Positions 15,474 through 31,445 of a stretch of 64,000 bases of DNA are shown in pieces. This DNA comes from Octopus vulgaris (taxonomy: Eukaryota). The notes beneath the pieces are model-generated. The model saw only the letters and a list, made by a program, of their open reading frames with translations. It made no database searches and had not been told where the DNA came from. The translations under genes and the position numbers were made by a program. The DNA lies in NCBI GenBank assembly GCA_951406725.2, contig OX597824.1, positions 39,866,001-39,930,000 of the forward strand. The letters run 5' to 3'. The first letter of the stretch is position 1. Each line of letters begins with the position of its first letter.

Positions 15474-16527
15474 TTCACGATTTCACACACATCCCACACA
15501 TACATAGTTATTGACGTCTTGTGGTAAGTAGCGGTGGAGATGATGGTTGCAGTGATGGTGGTGGTGGTGGTGGTGGTGGTGGTGGTGGTTGTGCTTTGAA
15601 TATATGTGCAGAAATATAAACAACACACATACAACACACAATAGGAAGTATGCACAATGCATTCACACACGTATACACATGCACACAAATACGCACGTAC
15701 ACACAAATTACAGATACATATGTGTCTGTGTATTAATTACATACATAGAGAGTGAGAGAGAGAGAGGGGGAGAGAGGGGGGAGAAGAAAGGATAAGGATA
15801 GCATTGTTCTTTTTTTATTCTAGCCGAAAGCTGTTCCTCGTTTGTTGACTGGTGCCGTTTGCCGCGTGGTTGTGTGTTAAGAAGGATGCTTGCCTACACA
15901 TGATACCGGGTTCTGTCCTACTGCGATAGCGGGTTCTGGCACCTGAGGCAGATGTCTTCTACTATAACCTCGGGTTTACCAAAAAACCTTGTAACTGGAT
16001 TTAGTAGACAGAAACTGAAAGAAGCCGGTCCATTACTCTATATTTTGGGATAGGAATAAACGTAACAGTACTGGACTCAGTAAATTAATTTGGACTCTAA
16101 AAGGCCACAATGAACAATTTAATTTAGAATGGTTGATTCTCTCAATCTCGATACCTTATGACAAAGGCAAAGAATTGTCTTCTCTGTAATTCTGAACTAT
16201 TTTTCATTATTTTTTCTAAAAATCCCCTAGTAAACACGGTTATAGAGCGTGCATACCGATGTAGACATTGGCAAAACGCACCTTTAGTTCATAAATTTAA
16301 TCTCTATCATTATATATAATTTAAACATTAATTTTCTTTTATATTTAACATTCACTATAAATATCTCTCCTCTTTCTATAGGCTACTTCTGACGTTATAT
16401 CATATAACGTTTTATTAAACAATTGTTTTTTCAAACAATTTCAAACAATATTAATAGCGTTTAGTAAATAACTATACATATCTATCAGATTCTGTTAAAA
16501 TGTCTTATTGACGAGTTTCGTTTATTC

Positions 16528-16614
16528 ACTTCCCTGAAGAGAAGATTGTATTGTTTTATACCATTTAGTCTTTTGAATAATATCAGTGAAATCTTCGAGA
16601 CATGTGTCGAAAGT
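16528..16614 (+). ncRNA. Degenerate hammerhead motif with long stem II (Penelope pLTR remnant)
   Basis: CTGAAGA-GAAGATT...AATCTTC-GAGAC-atgt-GTC; the GAAA box is mutated to GAGA. Confidence 0.4.
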
Positions 16615-16801
16615 AAAAGTATTCGATTTATACTTGCGTTAAACTCCATTTATTTACTTATATAGTATACAAAAATTCCACGTAAACCCGAAGTTTCTAC
16701 CTTTAAAAACAAGGAGTTACAACCTCTTGTGTGATTTTTTGCTACACTAGTGACTATCTATTTTTTCCGTGTTAATTGTTAACAAGGGGAAAATACACTC
16801 A

Positions 16802-16855
<54 letters not shown>

Positions 16856-17276
16856 GTATGTATATATATATATATATCATACATACATACATATATAGAT
16901 ATAGATATGTATCTATATATATATATATATCATAGATAGATACATACATACATACATATATAGATATAGATATGTATCTATATATATATATATGTATATA
17001 TATATGTATGTATGTATGTATTATGTATTTATGTATGCATGTATGCATGTACATAAGTCGAAATAACATACACACACAAAAATATTGTGTAAATATCAAA
17101 CTTGGTACATAAGTACTGGCCGAATGATATTCTTGCAGTGTGTGTAGACAATTAGACCCAGATGAGTGAAGAAATCTGCTCTTGAGCTATTCAGACATGT
17201 ACATTATATTAAATATATGGTCCATAACATTTACGATGGGCAGATTCCGAGACAGGTGAATAAAATATAAATGATT

Positions 17277-17498
17277 AACAGTAAAGTTACATGTGGCAAT
17301 CCATTACGGCCGTTTCTAACGACTACTTTAATTGATAATGAAAAAATATTACATCATTGTAAAGATACCGTTTATTTTGACGTTCATGAATCAATATGAC
17401 GAAAACGGCTTCTTTACAATGACGTAATGTTTTCATTAATCAATAAAAGGATTCATCAGAAACGGCCGTAATGGATTGACACCTGTACATCTACTGTT

Positions 17499-17500
<2 letters not shown>
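17277..17500. repeat. Foldback inverted repeat (~100-bp arms)
   Basis: CAATCCATTACGGCCGTTTCT versus AGAAACGGCCGTAATGGATTG. Confidence 0.75.
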
Positions 17501-17556
<56 letters not shown>

Positions 17557-18473
17557 TTATATACATATACATGTATATCAAAAATTTATCAAAAACACAG
17601 CAAACGGAACATTTTACAAAAACATACCAGAAAATTCGTAGCTAATTACTCATTTCGCCCCTTTCACACTGATATTGTTCACTTTTGGTGGCGCCAGTGG
17701 CGAATCCACTGGTAATATCTAACTAACGTACAGGACAATGACAAAATCAAACACGATGTGTACGTATGTATGTATACTGTGTGTGTGTGTGTGCACATGC
17801 GTGTACATGTGTGTGCGTACGTGCGCGTCTGTGTGTGTGTGCGCGACCGCGCGTGTGTGTGAGTGTGCATATGTTTGTATGTATGTATGTATGTATGTAT
17901 GTATGTATATATTTCTCATCGTTTTTTCTTCTCCTTTCTTTCCACTCTACTCTCTGATTCGAAAAAGGACAACTTCCGAAACGCTATATCAATTTACTCT
18001 TTCCATTTCGCTGGCCTTCAAACTCATAAATTTGAGAGTAGACTTAACCTGTCATCTCGTATTATTTTTATTTTCGTTTTCGCCATATGCGTGTGTGCAA
18101 TCGAGTCAGCATGGAAGCATGTTAGTGTTGTGTGTGAATGTGTATGCGTAGATATATGTACGTGAGTGCGAGTATGTATGTTTGTCAGATTTTTACGAGC
18201 ATATATGCGTGGTTTTTTAGTATGGGCTCATGCGATGTGTTTGTGAGTGTCTGTGCTTATATGTATGTATGCTTGTATATGCATGCAAATATTTTGTGTG
18301 TTAGTCTGTGTGTAATGTGTATAAGCATGTCATAGTCTGCGTGTAGTTTCTATGGGTGTATGTAGTGCGTGTGTGTGAATGTGTGTATGTATACTTGTAT
18401 ATATGTATGTACGAGTGTGTATGCATTTTTCTACATATTCATATACACTTCTATTTGTCCGTGTATTATGCGT

Positions 18474-18514
<41 letters not shown>

Positions 18515-18599
18515 ATGTGTTTCTGTGTCTGTGTGCGATTATATGTACGTATGCTTGTATGTATACATATAAAGCTTTATACACTTTACTCTTTTCCTC

Positions 18600-18772
18600 T
18601 CTTTTACTTGCTTCAGTCATTTGACTGTGGCCATGCTGGAGCACCGCCTTTAGCCGAGCAAATCGACCCCAGGACTTATTCTTTGGAACCCTAGTACTTA
18701 TTCTATCGGTCTCTTTAGTACTTATTCCATCGGTTGTCAAGCGATGCTCAGGTTACAAACACAGACACACAA

Positions 18773-18830
<58 letters not shown>

Positions 18831-18992
18831 GACAGGCTTCTTTCAGTTTCCGTCTACCAGATTCACTCAAAAGGCTTTGGTCGACCCGAAGCTAAGTAGA
18901 AGACACTTGCCCAAGGTGCTACGCAGTGTGACTGAACCCGGAACTATGTGGTTCTTAAGCAAGATACTTACCACACAGCCACTCCTACGCCT
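18600..18992 (-). mobile_element. tRNA-derived SINE family A (CORE-like)
   Basis: Reverse complement of the family consensus GGAGTGGCTGTGTGGTAAG...ACCTTGGGCAAGTGTCTTCTAC...CAGTCAAATGACTGAAAC. Confidence 0.8.
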
Positions 18993-19447
18993 ATGTGCTA
19001 CTTTCTGTGTATATTGTGTGTGTGTGAGTATGAATATATGTGATTCTACGGGAGTGTGTTTCACTGTATGTATGTATGTACGTATGTATGTATGTATGTG
19101 TGTGAGTATGTATGTTTGTACATATGAATATGCATGTATGTTTGTGTGCATTATGCATGTGTATGTTTGTGTGTCTGTGTTGTGTGTTTGAATGTGTATA
19201 TGTATATGGATGTAAGTTTCTGTGAGAGAGTGCATTTATGTATGTTTTTTTACATATGCATATACGCCCATGTTTGTCAGTGTTTTATGAGAGGTGTGTA
19301 TATATGTAACCTATATGTATTTTTGTATGTATACATACCTTTCTGTGTGTGGTTCTTCCTTTCTCTTTCCCTTCTTCTTCTTCTTCTTCTTCTTCTTCTT
19401 CTTCTTCTTCTTCTTCTTCTTCTTCTTCTTCTTCTTCTTCTTCTTCT

Positions 19448-19494
<47 letters not shown>

Positions 19495-20379
19495 ACTCTA
19501 TAGTGTATGAGTGTTTGTGTCTGTATCAGTGTTTGCATTTGTATCTGTGTGTCTGTGTCTGTGCCAGTGTGTGTTTATCTGTTTGTTTATGTGTGTGTGT
19601 GTGAGTCTGTGTATGAGTGTGTTTGTGTGTATGTGTGTGTGTGTGTGTGTGTGTCTGTATCTGTATTTCAATGTATATCTGTAAAACAGTGTACGCATTT
19701 GGTCATTTTTGCATGGAGAATGTGGAATGCGCATGTCTGTCTCTGTTTCTCTCTATAGTGTTGGACAGCAAACATTAAATACAAAACACATAACAAAAAC
19801 ACGTTAGAAAACCAACAACCAAAAACAACGAGCAGATCGCGTCCAATCACCACCAATATGGCTGACTTTATTACAATAAGATCCTCGTTGTAGCTTTATT
19901 CTCTGTTATAACTATAATAACAGTAAATTTTAAAACCTCCATGTAGTGTGGCCGTTAGTGAAACATTAAACTACTTCTCGGTCGCATTTTCTGATTCCCT
20001 TTTTCCTTTTTTTTTTATACTTTTTCCTTCTGTGTATAATGGTTGTTCTTTTTCAGTCAATGTTCTGAGATATTAGCATTCTTGACATCTTTGAGATTTT
20101 AGATGTTTACTTTGCATTAAGAATTTTGTTTTGGTTTCTTTTTTTCTTTTTGTCACTGTCCGACATTATTTATCGCGTCGTGAATTATACATCGTATGGC
20201 TTTAGCCTTTTATTACGGTTCGTTAAATTCTGAGTTTCAAATACCAGCGAGGTCGACTTTACTTTTTCATCTTTTCGGGGTCGATAAAATAAGTACCAGT
20301 TACGCACTGGGGTCGATGTAATAGGCTTACTCCTAACCCGAAATAGCTGAGCTTGTGCCAAAATTTAAAACCATTATTA

Positions 20380-21290
<911 letters not shown>

Positions 21291-21516
21291 AGCACAGGCA
21301 CCGTTGTGCGGTTAAGAAACTTGCTTACGAACCATTTAGTTCTAGGTTCAGTCCTATTTCGTGGTACTTTGACCTTTCACCAATACATCAAACTGTTCCT
21401 GAAAAAAGGATACACACGAATGTACTCAGGTCGACTTATTCGACTAAACCAATGATTCTCCACCACTTTTTCCCTATGAATCCCTTTGATTATTATCCTT
21501 ATTATTACTTTTATTA

Positions 21517-21592
<76 letters not shown>

Positions 21593-21635
21593 TACTATTA
21601 CTATTTATTACTATTACTATTACTATTACTATTAC

Positions 21636-21689
<54 letters not shown>

Positions 21690-21975
21690 CATTATTATTA
21701 TTATTGCTAGCAGAATCGTTAGCACGCCGAGCGAAATACTTAGCGGTATTTCGTCTGCCACTACGTTCAGAGTTCAAAATCCGCCGAGGTCAGCTTTGCT
21801 TCTCATTCGTTCCAGGTCGATGAAATAAAGTACCAGTTAAGGACTGGACTTGAGTTGATACAGTCGAGTACACCTTCCCTTCACTCTCAAAAATTGTGGG
21901 ATTTTTTCCTGTTACAAATCAATATTTTTATCATTGAAGACAAATTGTAGCAGACAAATTGCAGTCGGTTATTTA

Positions 21976-22070
<95 letters not shown>

Positions 22071-22932
22071 GTACGAGTGTATATGTATATATATAATCAA
22101 ACCAGTTTGACTATCTACCGTACTTATTACCGTTATAACGAAGAACAAAGAAATTAAGACAAGCTAGGTGGAAGAGCTAATGAACAGTAAAAAAGATCTC
22201 ATCGCACATTTAAAGGAAAGAATGAAAATATCTCTATCAAAAAATACCTGATGATTTGTTGTTGGTTAAAGCATTTCCAACACTCCAGAAAAATATGCAG
22301 ATATTTTTCGGAGACAGGTAATAAACTCCTCAGCTTTCCCCACGTTTGTGAGCTCTGGAAGTAGCCCAACTTTTAAAACCAGCCATGGGTTTACTGAGGT
22401 TTAGAAATATGATACACATAGCCTTGATAGCTGTGTTGATGGGAACATTCTGAGATATTTCGAACCAAAGTTAATACACCAAGGTATTTAGTACAGTAAT
22501 AGTTTGATTTTGTATTCTTCGTTAGCATTGAATAATCTGTTAACTGATGTGTATACCAGTGACACAAGGGTTTCGATTATATATGAATTTGTTTTAATTC
22601 TACGAGGTTTATGAGTCTATGGGTATCCCTTTCGTTGTGACTGTTGTTTCAGAAAGTTTTTATTCCTTAACGTAAGTTTGATATTTCTGAATCCTCATAG
22701 CAGTTTTGTAGCCTTGGACGTGAGTAAGAGACAATTAGCTGGCTGTTGATACTCATAAATGTTGGTAGGGAACTAGGCTGGCAATTTACATACAGATGCG
22801 TGAGAAATTGATATTTAGGGAGAATGTAGAAGTTTTATATTTTTCTCACGTTTTCATTGTCTTAGAGAATACACCAGATTGTCTTGCTTGTATTTAAATA
22901 TTCTTATTCGTTGTGGATAGGGATGATGTAGA

Positions 22933-23230
22933 GCAGTGGTTTTCAACTAGGGTCCATAGAAGATGTTTGGAGTCCATGCTAACGGAATAGTAAATCAGGG
23001 ATCCACAGTAGTATTTTAAGGGTCTATAAAAAGCTTTGATTTGAATGTATTTTGCAAGAAACGGCTAGGTTTCTTTCTCTTACATTTTACATTTTTCAAC
23101 CTATACAAGTAAATGTGTGAATAACAAATTATGAATTTTTGTAAGAAATATCTATAAAATTAGTTTCTAAACATTGAATGGTTGTGGGGTCCACCAGAAT
23201 AATATTGGAATAATATAAGGAATCCATTGA
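22933..23230 (+). mobile_element. hAT-type MITE remnant, related to 52221-52468
   Basis: Begins CAGTGGTTTTCAAC; repeated GGGTCCAT motifs. Confidence 0.55.
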
Positions 23231-23847
23231 TGTAGCGTATCCCTAGTTTCTAGTGGTTGCCAACAGAGCTCTAAAGAATGTAATCTCTATAATTAACTTA
23301 AATATGACTTCACAGAAACTAATTAACTGGAAGCAAAAATCATCATTTCCGATGAAGAAATCCTATTGTGATATTATTACTGAACTTGTTAAAAGGAAAT
23401 TTTCAAGGGAAGAAACGTGTTTGGGGGGTGGAGAGGTAAAATGGAAATTAGAATGGCACTTAGAGTAAAGACTACAATATGCTCGTAGGGAAATTACTTC
23501 ATCCACGAGTGATGGGGGTGTTCATTGACCTTTACTTCAACGCTAAACTTGAAGACTATACTTTTTGTATTAAAACATAGGAATATAAAATCTATTGAAG
23601 GGTTTTGAGTATCATAGATGCTACATGGATGAAAGCTTCAATATGCTCTTTAAAAGGAAAAAAAAAACAAAGTGGGTGCGTAGTGTCAGATTCCAAACAG
23701 GCGTATGGAGTCTTTCTCATTTCTTAACAGACAACAGAGAAAATAAAATGTGAGACGAAAGGTGGTTTCTGCACATTTTCCTTAGCTATATAAGCTGCAT
23801 CTATTCTAGGTATTTCACTGAAATTCGGATACGGCTAAACAATTTCT

Positions 23848-24256
23848 GCAGGAGTGGCTGTGTGGTAAGTAGCTTGCTTACCAACCACATGGTACCGGGT
23901 TCATTTCCACTGCGTGGCACCTTGGGCAAGTGTCTTCTACTATAGCCTCGGGCCGACCAAAGCCTTGTAAGTGGATTAGGTAGACGGAAACTGAAAGAAG
24001 CCCGTTGTAGATATGTATATATATATGTATGTGTGTGTATATGTTTGTGTGTCTGTGTTTGCCCCCCCCCCCAACATCCGTTGACAACCGATACTGGTGT
24101 GTTTACGTCCCCGTAACTTAGCGGTTCGGCAAAAGAGACCGATAGAATAAGTACTAGGCTTACAAAGAATAAGTCCTGGGGTCGATTTGCTCGACTAAAG
24201 GCGGTGCTCCAGCATAGCTGCAGTCAAATGACTGAAACAAGTAAAAGAGTAAAGAG
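23848..24256 (+). mobile_element. tRNA-derived SINE family A, full length
   Basis: Pol III-like head, ACCTTGGGCAAGT CORE-like motif, internal (TA/TG)n, tail GAAACAAGTAAAAGAG; near-identical copies at 30370 and 46720. Confidence 0.85.
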
Positions 24257-26420
24257 TATATGAGAAAGACGTTACCGTCGTACTATGAGATATCTTAAAA
24301 ATCGAAGTAATTTTAACCAATCTAGAATACGATCGACAGCACGAATTAACCAGAATAAGTTTAGGACTTGCAACTCAGCAACTGAAGCAGTAGGACCGGT
24401 CAAAATCTGTCGTTGGACATGTGTAGGATAAAGCGGTCTACTTTTGGTTCAGATTAAATTAAACCTCTTGGAATATTAAGCGGTAGAGTGCTGATCCTAA
24501 TTCTTCGCGATACATTCCTTTATATTAACCACTTCAAATCGCACTCTCTTATCTTGTCTTTTTTTTTTTTTTTTTTTGACAAAAATAAGTACCAGTCAAG
24601 TTCTTGAGAGTGATATAATCGACTCTGAACTGTGGATCTAAAATGTGTTTCTGCTGTGTCTAAACTAGAAATCATTAACAAAATACTGTATTTGGAAGAA
24701 TGGGCAAAATGACAGGGAAAATGACATCCGATATTTAGTTACTGCGCACTATTCTTTTGTTCTTTTATTTTTTTTACTGATTCCAGATTTTTGACTGCGG
24801 TCATGCTGTAGCACAGCATGGAAGAGTTCTACTCGAACAAACTGCCACCAGTACTCATTTTCTTTTAAGTCTGTCTTTTATTCTAAGAGTATCTTTTACC
24901 GAACAGTTTAACAAATATTTTGAAAAATAGTGCAAACAACAACAACCCTCGTGCGCAGACGAATACGTTAGATAATGTCTGTTCAGGTTGTGTTAAGAGA
25001 CTCAGTTTCGCCTATGTCGTCACACAGAGACAGATATTAGACTTTACAACGTTTCCAGAAAAAAAAAGAACTGGGGAATTGTGTTAAACTAGACAGAGGC
25101 TTAGTTCATAAGGTTTTTTTCAAGGGGTGCAAAATGAAAAATAACTTCTCCGAAACTAAACAAGGCTAGCCGTGGTTTCTAACAGTCATCAATAATAGCA
25201 ATTAGAAGACGCATTGCCGGAAATACCAGATGTTCTCTTGATTGAGAGAGTGTGTAAGGTACATCTTTCGGGTCTGCTGTACTTTCAGGATGAAGACTCC
25301 ACTAAAACACAAGCCAAAATGCTCAGACGTATCTTAGCCCTTGTATTCGTACCACTTTCACTGTATCTGGAGCAGATTAGTACAAGGCTTACTGTCAGGA
25401 ATATTAAAAACGAATTGGATCCGTGATTGGTCGTCACTTTTGTATTAGAGAACCACTGGGTGTTAAGTGCAAGTGAGATTAGAGGCGAGTTATAATCAGA
25501 GTGGGTCAAGATATATTTGCAAATATTAATAACCCCGGAAGATCATAAGACAAGAACCAGACTTGTCCTTAGTTGAGGGTGCCGAAAGAAAGAGTATAAG
25601 ACTGTTACTTAAAAAAAGGCATGGATGTTATATATTTGAGTGTCCCTTGACCAAATTAAGTGGAAAGGCTTGGAAAACAGAGGAAAATGTAAAGCAGCAG
25701 AAAGCAGCTGAGACCACCAGGCCCCATTTTCCAGAAGACCGTCAGCCAACATAGGGGCGCACTTGGTGTCAGCTCGGGGAATCTAGTGAGCGGGTACCAT
25801 GTCACAAGACAGTAGCAACCAGTTGCGCCTGCTCATCTTCTTATGCATACATACATCATACAGACAAATAGAAAGACAGACGGACAGACAGACAGACGGT
25901 TGTATGGTAAAAGACGCAGGCGTGGCAGAAAGTCTGCTTCCCAACTACAGGTTCAGTCCCACAACGTGGCTCCTGGGGCAAGTGTCTACCACTATAGCCT
26001 CGAGTCGACCAAAGTCTTGTGAGTGGATTTGGCAGAGGGAAACTGTAAGAAGCTATAAGAAACTGTATGTGTGCATCTTTATGCCTGTTTATCCCCCAAA
26101 TGTTGCATGAAAAAAAGGCATGAAAAAAGGCATGATACTTGGTATTGATGCGTTACGTCCACATAAACTAGCGATTCGGGAAAAGATTCCGGTAAAATAA
26201 GCACCAGGCTTTAAATAAATAATCACATTCGGCCCCCAGTGTGACTGCAGTCTAATGATTAAAACAAATAAAAGATAAAAGATATATATATAAATATATA
26301 TAGGAGCAGCTGATACGATCAACGGAACAGCTTGCTCGTGAAATTAACGTGCAAGTGGCTGAGCACTCCATAAACACGTGTACCCTTAACGTAGTTCTCG
26401 GGGAGATTCAGCGTGGCACA

Positions 26421-26480
<60 letters not shown>

Positions 26481-26782
26481 AGAGTTTACGAAAAAAACAA
26501 AAGACGAAGACAGGTGGTGTACAAAACAAACAGATGTATTAGTATAACGCTCATATATAGGAGAGACACCCTTCGGTCATGAATGACCATGGGATTGCAC
26601 CTAGACAGTTGCCCTCCGAGGTACAAGCCAGGGCAAGATTGTTTATGGAAGACCATCAGTCCCCCATGCATACCAGCCTCCCCTCTGCACACCACTGATG
26701 TTATCCAAGGGAAATGCAAAGGCCGGTACAGCTTGGCACCAGTGATGTCGCAACTTATTTCTACAGCTGAGTTAACTGGAGC

Positions 26783-26865
<83 letters not shown>

Positions 26866-27039
26866 TAGAGCTGCACCCTTGTTACAAGAGAAAAGCCACT
26901 GCCAAAAAGGATTTACTGAAACGGTTCATTATTGATGCCATTTGATGCCCTTATATGACCTTTGAGCCCAGCCAAAGTTTTACACATTTTATTACATACT
27001 GCACAGCTTTCCTGGCTGGCAGGAGAAACAGGTGCCACC

Positions 27040-27278
27040 ATATGCACTCTCTTAACATGTCTTTTTAGACTTCCAACTGAGAGGCACACCCTTCCTTATT
27101 TAACACATGTTCTGTTGTGAATTGAAATAGCCACATCACTGTTTATCATGGGTCGATTCCTGTGAGATTTTTATGGCTGGCTCAAACACCTCCTCCCACA
27201 AACCACACACACAGAAAGCAACACTCCGTTAATCTCCACAGGTTCCCTCTTTCTAAGCTCCCTCCTAATTCTCTCATA

Positions 27279-27351
<73 letters not shown>

Positions 27352-28070
27352 CTCCAAACAACCACTTTGCACTGTCTTCCTCCATCCATCCTGGTGTTGT
27401 GCCTCCCTCTCCCAATCACCAACTGCAAATTCTGTCTGTATTGGATTATTTTTAAGGCAATCCGTAAACCTCAGTTTAGGCTTATGCGCTGGTCTCCTGC
27501 CGTCTTCCAGCTCACCATACAATAGCTGTTTGGGCAGTCTCACATCACTCATTCCTACCACCTCAAACGTCTTTGCAGAATCATTAACTCTATACTTCTA
27601 ATGCCACTCCTCTCAAGCACTTCCACATTACTAATGGCCATTTTCCAGTTTATCTCCAAAATTTTCCTCAGACAGTATTGATGATTCCAGTTGCCTTACA
27701 TACCTACGGTAAATAACCCATGCCTCACGCATATAGCAAAGATGACAGGACGCACTTGTTATATACCTTAACTTTAATTTGTGAAGATATATTATGTCGT
27801 ATCCAAAGACGCCTATCAAGCCTAATAAAAGCACTACTAACTCTGCCGATTCTAAATGAAATTTCATCAAGACCAGCAGTGCTCAAGGTACTTCCTAAAT
27901 AAATAAATCTAGACACAATCTCCAACCTTTAACCATTCACAGTTATAAAAGGTTCCACATCTATCTTGGAGGGACCAGGCTAGTACATTATAACAGTTTC
28001 TTTTTTCAGATTGATCGTTAGACCCAATATTGCACATGCTGCAGAAATTGCATTCAGCATGTGCTGAAAA
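27040..28070 (-). mobile_element. RTE-clade LINE 3' remnant
   Basis: FIYLGSTLS...EISFRIGRVSSAF, KVKVYNKCVLSSLLY and RLPKQLLYGEL..GRR...PKLRF.DCLK motifs. Confidence 0.85.
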
Positions 28071-28269
28071 AATTCTATCTAACATACTAAGAGTACGGAA
28101 ATTCTGTTTTAATAAATTGCTTATATGTGTTTTGAAACTGAGGGACTCATCAATATGAATGCCCAGAAATTTTGTTGATGTTGCGTGTGAAATTGCTTTA
28201 CCTCCAATGAGGACTTTGTCTATCTATCTAGCTAGTAGCTAGCTAGCTATCTCTGGACTACTTCCTAAT

Positions 28270-28357
28270 GTACTCTAGCTGAGTACCGAAATCACGACCT
28301 TCAGATACCTCGTCATATGTCGCTTGACCTCGAGGAGCTACCTACTGCGCTGCCTGT
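28270..28357 (-). pseudogene. Decayed tRNA-Met copy
   Basis: TCACGACCTTCAGAT...CCTACTGCGCT fragments plus flank homologous to the intact copies. Confidence 0.6.
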
Positions 28358-28746
28358 GAAGTCCTCCTAAACTTCACTATATAAATACTTTTACTTTCCG
28401 ACGAACTTCTCATTTAATTCATCGATTTAATTTAATTTACTCTACCTCTCCCATATATAGCATTACCAGTGAGAAAATGATCAAGTAATTATCACGATAT
28501 ATTCCAATTACTCTTTTGTATATCTTTAATTGCTTTTAATTAACTATTTCTATAGCTATTTGATTCTTAGCTCTACATTAATTGCAAAGATTTTTCTGTC
28601 ATTATAATGCAAGGGAAATAACCTTTCCTCAGTAACCATGAGCATAGTCGAGATATTAACAACTTTACACGGGTTGTCAAGTGGTAGAGGAGACAAAACA
28701 AGAACAAGCACGCAGACGCGCACACACACACACGCACGCACGCACG

Positions 28747-28790
<44 letters not shown>

Positions 28791-29111
28791 TTAACGCACG
28801 CACAAACATACCTACACACACACACACACGCACGCATACACATATACATACATATACATGTATAGGGTGAGAGAGAGAGAGGACAGAGAGGGAAGAGAGA
28901 GGAGGAGAGTTCTTACATAGTTTCAGCCTCTCACGAGGCATTTGTCGACCCGAGGCCATAAAAGACACTTGTCCAAGGGGTCATACAATGAAACTGAACC
29001 CGAATCCAGGTAGTTGGGAATCAAACTTCATAATCACAGTCACATCTACATCTAGAAAACAAAACTTACTTTCCAAACCTAAATCAGACTTGCTTTCTTA
29101 TTTAGTTTCTA

Positions 29112-29392
29112 CTAGCAATATCGCCCGGCGTTGCTCGGGCTTGTAAGGGAAATAACTGTATAAGCATTTTATATAATAGCAAAAAAATGCATTAAAAATG
29201 GGAAAAAACGATGGTAATTTTTTTTTAAAATCATAGACTCATCGTAGACACGCGCTAATACCCAGAATGGCTCGATATGAATCACGACAATAAGATACCC
29301 GCTTTTGGTTACACTGCACCGCAAAATGTGAGAGTAGTTAGGAATCTAAATCGTAGGAGACAGACACACAACTTCACTTTTATATATAAAGA
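29112..29392 (-). mobile_element. Non-autonomous Helitron
   Basis: Minus strand 5'-TC...hairpin CCCGAGCAACGCCGGG...CTAG-3', inserted between A and T. Confidence 0.75.
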
Positions 29393-29667
29393 TATCTATA
29401 AATACTCCAAAACAAAATGCACACTCTCGACCATTGACCCAGATGAATGCCAAAGTTTCAACAGCTGGAGGTTAAGAAGCTTTGTAGTAACTTGAGGTCT
29501 ATGAAACATTGCACGTGATGAAATTATGTAATTAACTCGATAAGTTTTAGTTCAATACCGACTTTGTCATTACAGTACAAGGGAGATAAATTTTCTTCCT
29601 GGATGAGCATATGAAATATATAATTTTGCTTTTATTCCCGATAATGCTTTTATTACATGGTTACTTA

Positions 29668-30260
29668 AGGCGGCGAGCTGGCAGAAACGGTAGCATGCCG
29701 GGCGAAATGCTTAGCAGTATTTTGTCTGCCGCGACGTTCTGAATTCAAATTCCGCCGAGGTCGACTTTGCCTTTCATCCTTTCAGGATCGATAAATTAAG
29801 TACCATTTACGCTCTGGGGTCGATATAATCGACTTAATCCATCTGGTTTTCCTTGTTTATCTCCTCTGTGTTTAGCCCCTTGTGAGCTGTAAAGAAATAG
29901 GTATTTCGTCTGTCTTTACGTTCTGATTTCAAATTCCGCCGAGGTCAACTTTGCCTTTCACCCTTTCGGGGTCGATTAAATAAGTACCAGTTACGCACTA
30001 TGGTCCATATAATTGACTTAATCCGTTTTTCTGTCCTTGTTTGACCCCTCTGTGTGTAGCCCCTTGTGGGCAGTAAAGAAATAAGAAATAGGTATTTCGC
30101 CTGTCTTTACGTTCTGATTTCAAATTCCGCTGGGTCGACTTTGCCTTTCATCCTTCCGGGGTTCGAAAAATTAAGTACCAGTTGCGTACTGAGGTTGATC
30201 TAATCGACTGGCCTCCTCCCCACAAAAAAATTTCGGGCCTTGTGCCTAGAGTAGAAAAGA
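29668..30260 (+). mobile_element. SINE family B, three tandem units
   Basis: AAGGCGGCGAGCTGGCAGAAACG head; GTTCAAATTCCGCCGAGGTCGACTTTGCCTTTCATCC domain repeated; tail TAGCCCCTTGTG..TAAAGAAATAGG. Confidence 0.8.
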
Positions 30261-30369
30261 TTATATACGGTTTCTGATTTCGTTGTTTAATTAATTGTAT
30301 ATTTACATCTTTAATACAATTAAATACCATAAGGCATTACAAAAATAAATATATTCTAACTATATATAG

Positions 30370-30772
30370 GCGCAGGAGTGGCTGTGTGGTAAGTCGTTTG
30401 CTAACCAAGCACATGGTTGCGGGTTCAGTCCCACTGCGTGGCATCTTGGGCAAGTGTCTTCTGCTATAGCCCCGGGCCGACCAATGCCTTGTGAGTGGAT
30501 TTGGTAGACGGAAACTGAAAGAAGCCTGTCGTATATATGTATATATATGTGTGTGTGTGTTTGTGTGTCTGTGTTTGTCCCCCTAGCATTGCTTGACAAC
30601 CGATGCTGGTGTGTTTACGTCCCCGTCACTTAGCGGTTCGGCAAAAGAGACTGGTAGAATAAGTACTGGGCTTACAAAGAATAAGTCCCGGTGTCGATTT
30701 GATCGACTAAAGGTGGTGCTCCAGCATGGCCGCAGTCAAATGACTGAAACAAGTAAAAGAGAGTAAAAGAGA
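30370..30772 (+). mobile_element. tRNA-derived SINE family A
   Basis: Near-identical to 23848-24256. Confidence 0.85.
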
Positions 30773-31377
30773 GTATATAAGTTAAATCTCGGTTGCTACA
30801 TAATAACAGAAACTGAGGAGCGTCTCTTAATTCCGTTTGATTTTTTTCAGTCATCGGACTGCATCCTTGCTGGAGCACCGCCTTGAACGATTTAGTCGAA
30901 CAAATCGACCCTAATATTTAATTTTTTAAGTCTAGCACATATTCTATTGTTTCGTTTGTCGAACCGCTATGTTGAGAGCTTAAACAAATCAACACCCGTC
31001 GTCAAAAAGTTGTTTGGGTACAAAGGTAAAATCCAAGTGTGTGAAGGTAAGAGCCAAGGATTAAGATGTAGGAAGTTAGTAAGCTTCGAGCGGTCCGTAG
31101 ATGGTATAAAAGACAACTTTCAGGAACAATACTGGTTTATTGACGTAGAAGGTCGTGAATTTTTCCCATATCGAAGTTTGATAAGCTGAAAACAAAGTTA
31201 TTTTATAGTTCAAGGTTAGCAACTAGGATTACTGTGTATGCGAATATAAAAATCCAAAGTTAGGAAATGGAGTAGATAAAATACAGACTACATGTGTATC
31301 CTAGCTAGCAGAACCTCTCAAGTAGTAATTGCTCAAACGAGGTGTACTCCGCTAGCTACTCACCAGGCCATATATAC

Positions 31378-31445
<68 letters not shown>

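Noticed and set aside
25214-25560. Possible MULE transposase relic (LRRILALVFVP)
   Set aside because: Only one short motif resemblance, no catalytic residues or TIRs seen
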